From the NCBI GenBank assembly GCA_963829655.1, contig CAWHJG010000002.1, positions 5,536,594 to 5,600,593 on the forward strand: a stretch of DNA of 64,000 nucleotides, given 5' to 3'. The notes under the pieces are model-generated. The model was not told the origin of the DNA and ran no database searches. It saw nothing but the letters and a program-made list of their open reading frames with translations. Positions 25,308 to 35,390 of the stretch are shown piece after piece. Within the stretch, counting starts at the first letter, position 1; each line of letters begins with the position of its first letter. This stretch comes from Pirellulales bacterium (GTDB lineage: Bacteria > Planctomycetota > Planctomycetia > Pirellulales > JALHPA01). A program made the translations under genes and the position numbers.

Positions 25308-27455
25308 ATGCTTGAAGGTACTCCTCCTCGCACCTCGGACGGACCCATGCTGAAGAAGATCGTGCACCCGCACCCTGCCTTGCAGTTCTCGCAAACGCTT
25401 CCCTACGGCGCAATCATCCACGATGGCGGCGTGCAGTTCGTCGTTTTCAGCCGCTCGGCCACCGCAATGCGCGTGCTGCTGTACGACGAGGTGGACGATC
25501 CCGAACCGGCCGAAATCATCGACTTCGATCGCGACACCGACCGCTGGGGCGATATCTGGAGCGTGTTCGTCCCCGGCCTGCAAGCCGGTCAGCTTTATCA
25601 CTTTCAGGCCGAAGGCCCCTACGATCCCGAGCACGGCCAACGCTTCGACGGCCGCGCCCGGCTGATCGATCCGTATGCCAAGGCCCTCGCCGGGCGATAT
25701 CTTCCGGTCGACGACGGCATTGTCCGCCCGCCCAAGTGCGTCGTCGTCGATGATCACTTCGACTGGCAAGGCGACCGCCACATCAGGCGCGAGCCTCGCC
25801 GAGACGATCATCTACGAAATGCACGTCCGCGGCTTCACGCGCGATGCCATCCAGCGGCGTCGAAAACCCCGGCACGTACCTCGGCGTCATCGAAAAGATC
25901 CCCTACCTCAAGTCGCTCGGCGTGACGGCCGTCGAGCTGATGCCGGTCCACGAGTTCCCGATCGAAAGCCCCTATGGGCACGAGCTGGAGCGCCCCAACT
26001 ACTGGGGCTACGACCCGCTGGCATTCTTCGCGCCGCACCGCGGCTACGCCGTCGAGCGACGAGCCGGGCAGCGCAGGTCAACGAGTTCAAGGAGATGGTC
26101 CGGGCCCTGCACCAGGCGGGGATCGAAGTCATCCTCGACGTCGTGTTCAACCACACCGCCGAAGGCAACGAGCGCGGGCCGACGCTGAGCTTCAAGGGTC
26201 TGGAGAACCGCGTCTATTACATGCTCGGCAACGGCGGCAAGCTGGTATCGCAACTACTCGGGCTGCGGCAACACGATCAACGGCAATCATCCCGTCGTCC
26301 GCGAGATGATCTTCCACTGCCTGCGCCACTGGGTGCACAACTACCACATCGACGGCTTCCGCTTCGACCTGGCCTCGATCCTCAGCCGCGACCGCAACGG
26401 CGAGATCGTGCCCAACCCGCCGCTGGTCGAGCTGATCGCCGAAGATCCGCTGTTGGCCGACACCAAGATCATCGCCGAAGCCTGGGACGCCGCCGGCGCC
26501 TATCAGGTCGGCTCGTTCGCCAACATGCGCTGGGCCGAGTGGAACGGCCGCTATCGCGACGACGTGCGCCGCTATCTGGCGCGGCGACGTCGGCCATCGC
26601 GGCCACTTCGCCACGCGGCTGGCCGGCTCGGCCGACCTGTACCAGCCCGGCGGGCGTCAGCCGTATCACAGCATCAACTTCATCACCTCGCACGACGGCT
26701 TCACGCTCAACGACCTGGTCAGCTACGCCTACAAGCACAACGAGGCCAACGGCGAAGGCAACCGCGACGGCGACAACAACAACCACAGCGACAACTACGG
26801 CGTCGAAGGGCCCACGCAGCCGCCGCTCGATCGAAACCATTCGTCAGCGGCAGATCAAGAACTTGCTGGCCACGCTGCTGTTGAGCCAGGGCGTGCCGAT
26901 GATCGCTGATGGGCGACGAGTGCCGCCGCACGCAGCGCGGCAACAACAACGCCTATTGCCAGGACAACCAGATCTCCTGGTTCAACTGGAAGCTGCTGGA
27001 AAAGAACGAGGATCTGGTCCGCTTCGTGCAGGCGTTGATCGCGTTTCGCAAGATGAACCCCACGGTGCGGCGCACCGACTTCCTCAAGGGAACGCCGAAT
27101 CGTCAAGGCGAGCTGCCTGACGTGAGCTGGTTCGACGCAGCCGGCAAAGACGTGAACTGGTACGACGGCGCCGACGCCAGCCTGACCTGCATCTTTGGCG
27201 CCCCCGATGTGGACGAAGATCCCGACCGCCACGGCCGCCATGTGATGCTGTTTGTTCACGCGGGCAGCAGCCCGCGACGTTCAAGGTGCCCGAGTTGGCC
27301 AAGCCGATCGTCTGGCGGAAGTTTATCGACACCGGCGCCGCTCCGCCCGGAGGACATCTACGACGACCACAAAGGCCCGCCGCTCCCTACCGACGGAAAA
27401 ATCCTGCTTCAAGAGCGCGAGCTTCGTTTGCTACGTCTCCACCCGCAGCCGCTAG
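25308..27455 (+). pseudogene. glgX: glycogen debranching enzyme GlgX (GH13), heavily frame-broken
   Basis: Conserved GlgX segments are spread over all three + frames: GVQFVVFSRSA..., [152 protein letters not shown]. About 10-11 frame switches. Confidence 0.85.
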
Positions 27456-27523
27456 GGGGCGCTGTGTTTTGCGTCCGCGTGATGCAAGAATTGCCTTAGT
27501 GCACTGACTCCTGAACAAACGTC

Positions 27524-27577
27524 GCGCGCCGATCGGCCGCAAAACACGGCGCGCTGGGGGCGCAGATAATCGCCCCC
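27524..27577. terminator. two GC hairpins in the convergent gap after glgX
   Basis: GCGCGCCG-N15-CGGCGCGC (27524..27554) and GGGGGCG-cagataat-CGCCCCC (27556..27577). No clear U-tracts. Confidence 0.35.
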
Positions 27578-27578
27578 G

Positions 27579-28121
27579 CTACCGTGCCTCCTTCCACGCA
27601 CCCAGAAACTCATCAAACTTGGTTTCGACTTCCTGAACTACCACCGTCATATCGCGATTGAGCCCAATCACCAGCTCGGAAGGGAATAGCGACGCCGTCG
27701 CCATTCCGGCCCGAAACTTTTGCTTGCTCGGCTCCACGCTCAACGTCACCGGCCCGTCCGACATCTCGACAAATCCCATCCGCTCCACGTGAATCAGAAT
27801 CGCGTAGGCGTGAACTCCCCCCTTCGCCGTCATCAGCGAGCAGGTTACGGTAACGACCGGAGTTTGAAACGCCTCCTTCTGAGATTGACCGTCGCGCCAC
27901 CGCTCATACTCCTCGAGCGTTCCAGAGCCAACCACTTTTAGTCCGGCCTTCTTGGCGTTCTGCTCCAGCTTGGTCTTCAGGCGGCCCACGTTCGCATCAG
28001 GCAACCCTTTGAACTCGACGCCCAGGTAAACCTCGGACACGTCCTTGAGCAGCTCGCTGGCATTCGCGTGCACCGCAATACACAACGCGATCAGCGGCAC
28101 TAAGACAATAATCCGCTTCAT
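27579..28121 (-). CDS. hypothetical secreted protein
   Basis: ATG at 28121 preceded by AGGAGG. Signal peptide MKRIIVLVPLIALCIAVHANA. Confidence 0.55.
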   Translation of the reverse strand: MKRIIVLVPLIALCIAVHANASELLKDVSEVYLGVEFKGLPDANVGRLKTKLEQNAKKAGLKVVGSGTLEEYERWRDGQSQKEAFQTPVVTVTCSLMTAKGGVHAYAILIHVERMGFVEMSDGPVTLSVEPSKQKFRAGMATASLFPSELVIGLNRDMTVVVQEVETKFDEFLGAWKEAR

Positions 28122-28415
28122 GGCACATACCTCCTGCGAGACCTCATTCACCCTCCACAACTCTACGTCACACTCACGATAGTGGTCCGGGGAGGGCGAG
28201 GCTCCCGCCGAGCAGATTGGGCTATTCATCGGTGCATGCCGCGCGAATATCGTGTTTCGCAGGGCCGGAGGCTCGTCAGGAAATAGCGCCGAACTAAGGT
28301 CGGTGACTAGTGCTACCATCGAAATCCGAGGTCCGGAGGATCGGCACAAAACCGAACGCGATGGCGACTCCTATCGTTTTCCCACGCGCCGCTCCACGTT
28401 CCCGCCCGCCGCTCT

Positions 28416-28440
28416 GTACTTCGTACGTAGTACTGCGTAC
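28416..28440. repeat. four GTAC palindromes at exact 7-bp spacing
   Basis: GTACttcGTACgtaGTACtgcGTAC, read directly, inside the 570-bp divergent intergenic region. Confidence 0.9.
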
Positions 28441-28690
28441 CACTTTCCTCTGTCGCCGCGATGCCGCAGGTGCCCCAGATACTAGCCGGGCGTTCGAATA
28501 CCCCCGGACCCAAAGCGCCTACCTTCATCCGCGGCTCTCACGTCCTCTTCTCCACTTCTCCCCATCACCTCTTCTTGTTTGCCGTTCATCCGCCGCCAGC
28601 TAATCCCGTTCCCGCCCACGTCCCACTCCCTACCTCCTACTCCCTGCCGTTATGATGGTCCCTTTCGGGTCCAAGATCAGGAGATACCTC

Positions 28691-29620
28691 ATGCCGTCGC
28701 AAACATTCGATCGCCGTGCGTTTCTCACCTCGGCCGCTGGCGCCGTTGTCGCCGGTTCGTTCCATCAATCCGCTCGGCCGGCAGCCGCTCAGGACAAGCC
28801 GAAGCTGTACCCGGTCAAGCTCGCGGTGAAATACGGCATGATTCGCGACGGCCGCACGGTCGAAGACAAGTTCGCGCTCATCAAGCGCATCGGCTTTGAC
28901 GGGCTGGAGATGGACAGCCCGGCCAACATTGATCGTGACGAGGTCGTGCGCGCCCGCGACAAGACGGGCGTCGTGATCCACGGCGTCGTCGATTCGATCC
29001 ACTGGAACCAGCGGCTTTCGGACCCGGACGCCAAGGTCCGCGAACAAGGATTGGAAGGCCTGCGGACGGCCCTTCGCGACTGCAAAACCTACGGCGGCAC
29101 GACCGCCCTTTTGGTCCCCGGCCGCGTCTCCAACCGCGAGACCGAGAATTTCGACCAGGTGTGGGAGCGATCGACTGCCGAGATCAAAAAAGCAATCCCG
29201 CTGGCCGACGAGCTCGGCGTGAAAATCGCCATCGAAGTCGTGTGGAACGATTTTTTAACGACTCCGAAGCAGTTGATCGATTACGTCGATCAATTCCAGA
29301 CCGAAACCGTGGGCGCGTACTTTGACACCAGCAACATGCTCCGCTACGGCGTGCCCGCCGCGGAGTGGATTCGACAACTCGGCAAGCGGATGCTCAAGTT
29401 CGACTTCAAAGGTTTTGACAAGCGCAAGTACGACGACCCGACGACGCGAAAGGAAGCCTGGGTGAAGATCGGCGACGGGACCGAGGACTGGCCCGAAGTG
29501 CTCAAGGCGCTCGACGAGGTCGGCTATCGCGGCTGGGCGACGGCCGAGGTGTCTGGGGGCGGCGAGCCCGAGCTGCGCGACATCTATCAGCGGATGCAGC
29601 GGATCTTTACCTTGAAATGA
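28691..29620 (+). CDS. sugar phosphate isomerase/epimerase (xylose-isomerase-like TIM barrel) with Tat-type signal
   Basis: AGGAG then ATG at 28691. MPSQTFDRRAFLTSAAGAVVAGSF twin-arginine-like signal. Family-typical FDGLEMD, IAIEVVWN and YFDTSNM segments. Confidence 0.8.
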   Translation: MPSQTFDRRAFLTSAAGAVVAGSFHQSARPAAAQDKPKLYPVKLAVKYGMIRDGRTVEDKFALIKRIGFDGLEMDSPANIDRDEVVRARDKTGVVIHGVVDSIHWNQRLSDPDAKVREQGLEGLRTALRDCKTYGGTTALLVPGRVSNRETENFDQVWERSTAEIKKAIPLADELGVKIAIEVVWNDFLTTPKQLIDYVDQFQTETVGAYFDTSNMLRYGVPAAEWIRQLGKRMLKFDFKGFDKRKYDDPTTRKEAWVKIGDGTEDWPEVLKALDEVGYRGWATAEVSGGGEPELRDIYQRMQRIFTLK

Positions 29621-29684
29621 CCGTCCGTTGCCAGTTGTCGGTGGTCCGTTGCAATGTCGTCATCGTTTTAGCTGAAGGTTTTCG

Positions 29685-30872
29685 ATGCCGCCACATCAGT
29701 CATTTCCAAGAGCAGAACCAGCGCCGACGTCGTTAGGCGCCGGCGATCAACCGCAGATCGCCGCGGCATCGTTCCTTAGCGACAGCACGTTGCTCTCCGG
29801 CATGCTGCATGTCTACCTGGCGTTTGATTGGGGCGAAGAGATTGACCTCGAGAAAGCGCAGAAGCTGTTCCCGGCCGAATTGCAGACGTTGGCTCGCCGC
29901 CGCCGCACTCCGGCGTCGATCGCCTACCGGCCGCCGCCGCTTCGGTATCCGCTAACGGCGCCGGCGCTGGGACTCGCTGAGATCGACGGTCTGGCCGCGA
30001 CGGTCGAGGCCACGGTCTTCGATTTCGGCGGAGTTAGCGTGGGCATGCGTGTCCCCTTTAAGTGCAACGCCCTGCAATTGACCAAGATCGCCGCGTCCCT
30101 GTCCGACGCAAGTCCGTTGATTGAAGCCGCCCGAGCGGCGATCACGCCGCTGCATTCCGCCTTGCTCCCGGCCATCGACGCACCCCACTTCAGCCAACTG
30201 ACCGAAGAGTACTTCGTATTTCAGTTGCCGCCGGGCGAGCCGCTGCCGGCGCCCGACGAGTTACTTGCCAAACACGCAAACTGGGTCGCGGCGCTGACTC
30301 GGCTGGAATGTGAACCGTTAAGCGACGAAGAGATGGCACAAGCCCTCCTGGCGCACCTGAGCTATAGCCCCGACGACCTGTTCTTGCCCGATTGGTCGGC
30401 GGCTCTTTTGATCGATCGCGATTGCGACGAAACGCTGCAGGTGATCGAGTTCGCGAACTTGCAGCTCCTGGAATACCGGTTCCTCGACGACCTGCTCGAC
30501 GACCGGCTGGCCGAAGCGCACCGCTTCATCCGCCCGCTCGCTCGCTCCTGGTTGCCGTTCTGGCGAGTTCACGATCGCTCGCTGCGGTCGCTTGGCGAAT
30601 TGAAGATCGACGCCAACAATGTGTTCGAGCGCACGGGCAACTCGTTGAAACTGGTCGGCGATCAGTACCTGGCCCGCGTCTACCAGGCCTTGCAGAACCG
30701 CTTTCACCTGAAGGACTGGGAGCGCAGCATCGAGCGATCGCTAACCGTGGTGCAGGACGTGTATCGCGTGGTTTCCGATCAGGCCGCGAACTATCGGGCC
30801 GAGTTCCTGGAGCTGATCATCATCCTGCTGATTCTGTTTGAAATCGTGATGGCGTTTGTGAGAAGGGGGTAA
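29685..30872 (+). CDS. RMD1/YagE (DUF155)-like protein with C-terminal TM helix
   Basis: Overall layout and C-terminus ...AEFLELIIILLILFEIVMAF resemble DUF155 proteins as I remember them. No catalytic motif. Confidence 0.45.
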   Translation: MPPHQSFPRAEPAPTSLGAGDQPQIAAASFLSDSTLLSGMLHVYLAFDWGEEIDLEKAQKLFPAELQTLARRRRTPASIAYRPPPLRYPLTAPALGLAEIDGLAATVEATVFDFGGVSVGMRVPFKCNALQLTKIAASLSDASPLIEAARAAITPLHSALLPAIDAPHFSQLTEEYFVFQLPPGEPLPAPDELLAKHANWVAALTRLECEPLSDEEMAQALLAHLSYSPDDLFLPDWSAALLIDRDCDETLQVIEFANLQLLEYRFLDDLLDDRLAEAHRFIRPLARSWLPFWRVHDRSLRSLGELKIDANNVFERTGNSLKLVGDQYLARVYQALQNRFHLKDWERSIERSLTVVQDVYRVVSDQAANYRAEFLELIIILLILFEIVMAFVRRG

Positions 30873-30902
30873 TCCGGCACAAGTTAAGAACCGCTTGTCG
30901 CC

Positions 30903-32581
30903 CTACGCTCCGCGGCCCACGCACACCAGGCACATGTCGTCGCTTTGCGGCGTGCCGCCGACAAAGTTCTCGACGTCGTCCAGGATCACGCGGCCCAACT
31001 CCGCCACGTTGGACAGCGAAGACCCGATGCGTTTACGCAGCCGCTCCAGGCCGTACAACTCCTTTTCGGAGTTCATGGCCTCGCTAAAACCATCGGTGAA
31101 CAACACCAGAAACTCCCCCGGCGACAGACCGACGGTCGAGGAGTTGTATTCGTACGATTCGTCCACGCCCAGCGGCACGCCGGATACATCCTCGGCCACC
31201 GCCTCAACCTGGCCGTCTGCCGATCGCAGAAACGGAGGCATGTGGCCGGCGTTGACAAGCGTGACCTCGTTCCGCGCCGGATCCAACAAGCGCAATGACG
31301 AACGTGACGAAACGGTCTTCCCATCCGTTCCGCGCGAAATTGGTGTTGATTTGCTGAACTGCGCGGGCAACGACCGGTTCGCTGGCCAGCGAGAATCGCA
31401 CGATCGCTGAGAGCTTGGCCATCACCAATGCGGCGGAAACGCCCTTTCCCGAGACGTCGGCGAGCACGACGGCCACTCGTCCGTCAGCCAGCGTGATGTA
31501 GTCGTAGAAATCGCCGCCCACCTGGTTGGCGGCCTCGTAGAAGTCGAAGAAGTGATAACGCTCGACTACCGGAGGGGCGGCGGGGAGCAGCCCTTGCTGA
31601 ACTTTGTGCGCCAGCTTCAGGTCCCTCTCCATTTGGTTCTGACGAAGAGCCGCCTCGTGAAGCTGGGCGTTGTCGATCGCGATCGCCGCCTGTCCCGCGA
31701 CGCCGGCGAGCACATCCAAGTCTTCCTGCTGGAAACGGCCGCGCTGGTCGCTGGTGTCCAGTTGGATGACGCCGAACGATTTGCCGTCGCCGTTGACCAG
31801 CGGGGCGCACATCATCGAGCGGATGCGGAAGTCGGCGATGCTCTGGCTCATGTCGAACCGCACGTCGTTCGCCGCGTCGGCCGAGAGGATCGCCTGCTGT
31901 GATTCGAGCACCGTGTTGACGATCGTGCGGCTGATGCGGATCGACTCGTCCGACTCGCCGCGGCGGTACTTCACCGCCTTCGGGATCAGCCGATCGTCGG
32001 CCCCGCGGAGGATAATGAAACCGCGATCTGCTTGGATAAAGATCTTGAACAGGCTGTCGAGCAGCTTCGGCAGCACGATGTCCAGCGCCAGCGCCTTGCT
32101 GAGGTTCTGGTTGATTTCGATGATGGCGCACAGCTTGACTTCCGGGTTTACGGACAGGCGCACGCCCGTTGCGCCGGTCGAAACGTCAAGCTTCGACATG
32201 ACCTTGGAGTTATCGCCGTCGTCGTCCCAGTGCAGATTGCCTGTGATCGTGTCGGTGTGGCGATCGGAAAAAGTCTGACGGTTGCGGGCATCGCGATAGA
32301 ACGTGAACTCCTGGTCGCAGATCTTCAGGCGGTCGCCATTTTGCAGCCGGCGCGGAGCGCGTGATTGGAGCGGAGTTCACGTAAGTGCCGTTGCGGCTGC
32401 GCAGATCTTCGACCCAATAATCGCCTTCGCGAAACTCAATCTTCGCGTGTTGCCGGCTGACGGCGCCCTGATCGAGCACGATGGCGCACTCGGGATGCCG
32501 GCCGAGAACCGCCGTTTCATTGCCGAGCATGTCGCGCTCGCCGGTACGGTCTCCCGAGAGCAGCTCCAAGACGGCCATCAA
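30903..32581 (-). pseudogene. FHA-GAF-PP2C(SpoIIE) serine/threonine phosphatase; two frame breaks
   Basis: FHA: LGRHPECAIVLDQGAVSRQHAKIEFREGDYWVEDLRSRNGTYVN (32210..32581). GAF plus the start of PP2C in ORF 31204..32199 (GGDFYDY...VLADVSGKGVSAAL). PP2C end in ORF 30903..31370 (LVLFTDGFSEA...QSDDMCLVCV). Switches at ~32350 and ~31290. Confidence 0.8.
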
Positions 32582-32743
32582 AACGTACTCACGATTAGGC
32601 GGTATTGCCCCGGCATGGAGGGAAGGAATCCACGGCCGGAACGTGTGGCGGGATCGCCCGGACAGGCAAGTCGATTTTATGATTCCGCGGCAAGCAGCGT
32701 CAACGGGCCGGATCGCGGCGTTTTCGGCTGGTTCGCCGCCATA

Positions 32744-34278
32744 CTAACGCCGCGCGGTATTGCCGCGCTTGCGTTTGGCATTCGCGGGCGAGGCGGTTCG
32801 AGCTAGCAGGCGCATGCCATGAAACAGGAACGCCAGAACGCCAAGCCCGGCAAACACCGTTTTGGCTTGTGCGAGGAGCGTGTCGCCGGCAAGGAACTGC
32901 CAGGTAAGATCGTTTTGCGGATTGTGCGATGAGGTGGACGCGTCGCCCGGCCGACTGCTCTGAGGTGTAGCGGCAATCGTCGCGGTTGTTGACGGAGGAG
33001 GGGGAGTTGCCGCTGCGGCCGCGATCGACGCAACAGCGGGTGGCGGTTGAGCCGCTTTGGTTTCACTGACTACCGGTGACTCGCCTGATGAATAAACATT
33101 CGCCACAGTCGCCGTCGGCCGAACCGCCATTGGTTCGTACGGCGGCAACGAGGTCGACTCTTGCTTGCCGGTGTATTGCCGGGCAGAGCCTGCTCCGATG
33201 CGGCGGGTAGGATTGACGCAATCGCCGTCGGATTCTCCGGTTCGCCGGACGGGCGGCGCGGCCGCCAACCATTCGCGGTCGGCGCCGACTGGTTGTCCGT
33301 GTTAGTGGTTGTCGTTATCGCGGCAGAGCCCGTTGGCGGAAGCGACGCGACCTGTGCCGAACTTCCCTGACGCAACGGCGACGTAGCGCTCACGAGAAAC
33401 TGATGCACGCGCCCGCAATAGGTGCCCGACGTTCGGCCGCCTCCTTCACCGAACAGCACGCCCGCCAGTTCGCCGCGGCTATTGAAAATCGGCCCGCCCG
33501 AGTCCCCTTGCCGTGCTGCGGCCGCGCATTCCACGATCTCAAACGGATGCCGCAGGCTCGGCGCGAGATACTGCGTGCAGCGACCAGTCTGCGATCGATA
33601 ACTGCCGCCGCCGTAGCCCGCGATCGTCAGCGGCTCGCCGATTTGCGGCGGCTCGCTGGCGAGCTTCACGGGGGCCGCGGTTGGCCGCTTGATCAGCACG
33701 CCCGCCAGGTCCCAATCGTTGTCCATCCGCAGCACGCGGCCCATCGACTGGAACCCGTCCGGAAACACGACCATCACGCCCTGCCGCGCGTCCTTGACCA
33801 CATGCCAGTTGGTCACCACCAGGCCGCTCTCGTCGTTGGCGTCAACCAGCGTGCCGGAACCTAAGGACGCCCCACCCGGTTCGGGCACGATGACTCGCAC
33901 CACGGCCGGATGAGGCGTCTGTTGAGTGAAAAGTGAATTCGGTTGCGAGGTGACGTAGCTGGACCCGTGTCGCTCAAACAGCGATTCGCCTTGTTGGCGG
34001 GGCCGAAAACGGCTGTCGGTCTGGGTGGTAAAGTCGAGCTGAGCGTGAGCATCGTTGAAGCTGGCTGCAATCCATCCAATCCAAATCACCGAGAAACACA
34101 GCGACTTCAACCAACGGAGCACGTGGCGGCCTTGGCTTGGGCTTTGCGCCGCGCTTCGCTCTTGAGGATCATCCGCAACAGCTCGCGCCGCAATTGTTCC
34201 CGATCGGCGGCGGCGGTCGTGGGGTTTTGTTTTTCCTGCATCGAAGTACCTGGTTGCACTATCGCTTTTGTTTACCAA
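32744..34278 (-). pseudogene. trypsin-like (S1) serine protease with long Pro/Ala/Thr-rich tail and C-terminal TM segment; one frame break
   Basis: GSGTLVD...VVTNWHVV (His), DWDLAGV (Asp) and ARQGDSGGPIFN (Ser) lie in ORF 33070..34278. The tail ...AAAPPVRRTGESDG...TVFAGLGVLAFLFHGMRLL continues in the frame of ORF 32744..33268. Switch at ~33270. Confidence 0.7.
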
Positions 34279-34402
34279 GATTCGTTGCCGGGTGGGGGTT
34301 GGGCGTCACGTCGTGTTATAGGTTGAGGTGGGATGCGGACTTAGGTGCGGTGGATTCTGGCGGTTGGAGGATTTGCGGTGTTTTTATGTAGTCCTCTATG
34401 GC

Positions 34403-34654
34403 TTATGCGGCGATGGGGCGGCCGCCGCGAAGGTCCTCGCCGCGCTGCGGAAAATCCTCGCCGCGGTTGTACACGTGCTTCAATCGCGCCAGTTCCGCGC
34501 AGGCGCAGCTCTCGGCCAGCTTCGTCAGCGTCAGCAGCGCCGGATACCCAGCCAGGTGAAACGCGGCGTTCCGCGCTTCGTCGAGGATCTCGGGCGAGAG
34601 ATACAACGTGGCGCGAACCTTTGGCGAGCGGCCGTCGGGTGAAAAAAGCGTCAT
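34403..34654 (-). CDS. ribbon-helix-helix (CopG/ParG-like) DNA-binding protein
   Basis: ATG at 34654 after AAGGGAGG. KVRATLYLSPEILDEARNAAFHL (beta strand then helix), followed by ...NRGEDFPQRGEDLRGGRP. From memory this resembles small partition/centromere-binding RHH proteins. Confidence 0.45.
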   Translation of the reverse strand: MTLFSPDGRSPKVRATLYLSPEILDEARNAAFHLAGYPALLTLTKLAESCACAELARLKHVYNRGEDFPQRGEDLRGGRPIAA

Positions 34655-34669
34655 GAAAACCTCCCTTTT

Positions 34670-34705
34670 GTAACGTGCGACGTTTCTGCATCGGTGCCAC
34701 GTTAC
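34670..34705. promoter_or_regulatory. inverted repeat just upstream of the RHH gene (candidate operator)
   Basis: GTAACGTG (34670..34677) ... 20 nt ... CACGTTAC (34698..34705). Confidence 0.35.
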
Positions 34706-35105
34706 TGACATCGGGCGGCATCGCGATGAAAAATTATGAGCCTGAGGGCGTGCAGGAACGGTTTAGCCCATCGCGACGACGCAAACCTCCGTCAGAAGTC
34801 GTAAACGCGGGAAGGTTTGCCAGACGCAGCTCGTACCCACGGCGGACGCAGCCCGCGGACGCAATCGCGCCCGCACGTATCGACCCCGGCAGCAGTCGTT
34901 AGACATTAGCCGGGTGGTCGAAGACCCCGGTACATAAGCGCCCGGCGACTCTCGGCCCCAAACGGGCCGCGGAATTTAGCCACGGGTGCAGCGGGGGCGC
35001 GGCGCAGCCCGGCAACGCGCAACCGTGGAACAGAGGTCCCGTTATTTTCCTTTTCGCCCCGGTGGGGCGAAGGATTCTCGCTGCCTCCCCCACTACAATA
35101 ACCTC

Positions 35106-35390
35106 ATGCCCGACCTACATCCACTGAATGCTCCTGGCGAATTCTACGTCGAGCACCAAATGTGCCTCGCGTGCGCGGCTCCCGAACACGAGGCGCCGGA
35201 TTTGATGACTCATGATGGAAGCAATCATTGCTACTTTTATCGTCAGCCGGGAACACCTGAAGAATTGTCGCGTGCCATCATGGCAGTAGCAGTCGGTTGC
35301 TGCGGCGCTGTGCGGTACGGTGGCCGAGACCCAGCGATCATAGAGCGCCTCACCAAACTTTCCTCACACGATGCTTGCGATCATGCCTAA
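35106..35390 (+). CDS. small Cys-rich ferredoxin-like protein
   Basis: MPDLHPLNAPGEFYVEHQMCLACAAPEHEAPDLM...CYFYRQP...AVGCCGAVRYGG. The GEFYV...C..C...P layout is recalled from small ferredoxin-like proteins. Confidence 0.45.
   Translation: MPDLHPLNAPGEFYVEHQMCLACAAPEHEAPDLMTHDGSNHCYFYRQPGTPEELSRAIMAVAVGCCGAVRYGGRDPAIIERLTKLSSHDACDHA

Noticed and set aside
25675-27120. 481-aa plus-strand ORF that could be taken as a gene on its own.
   Set aside because: Only three short stretches of it carry real GlgX motifs. The rest is Arg/Pro/Thr-rich out-of-frame translation of glgX. It is an artefact of the frame hopping.
28470-28520. tRNA-like GCGTTCGAATACC (T-loop-like) sequence.
   Set aside because: No 5-bp T-stem with a 7-nt loop can be drawn, and I found no acceptor, D or anticodon arms on either strand.
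35060-35082. Hairpin TTCGCCCC-ggtg-GGGGCGAA as a terminator.
   Set aside because: The T-run precedes the stem on the plus strand rather than following it. On the minus strand the stem is followed by A-rich sequence. The nearest upstream gene end is far away.
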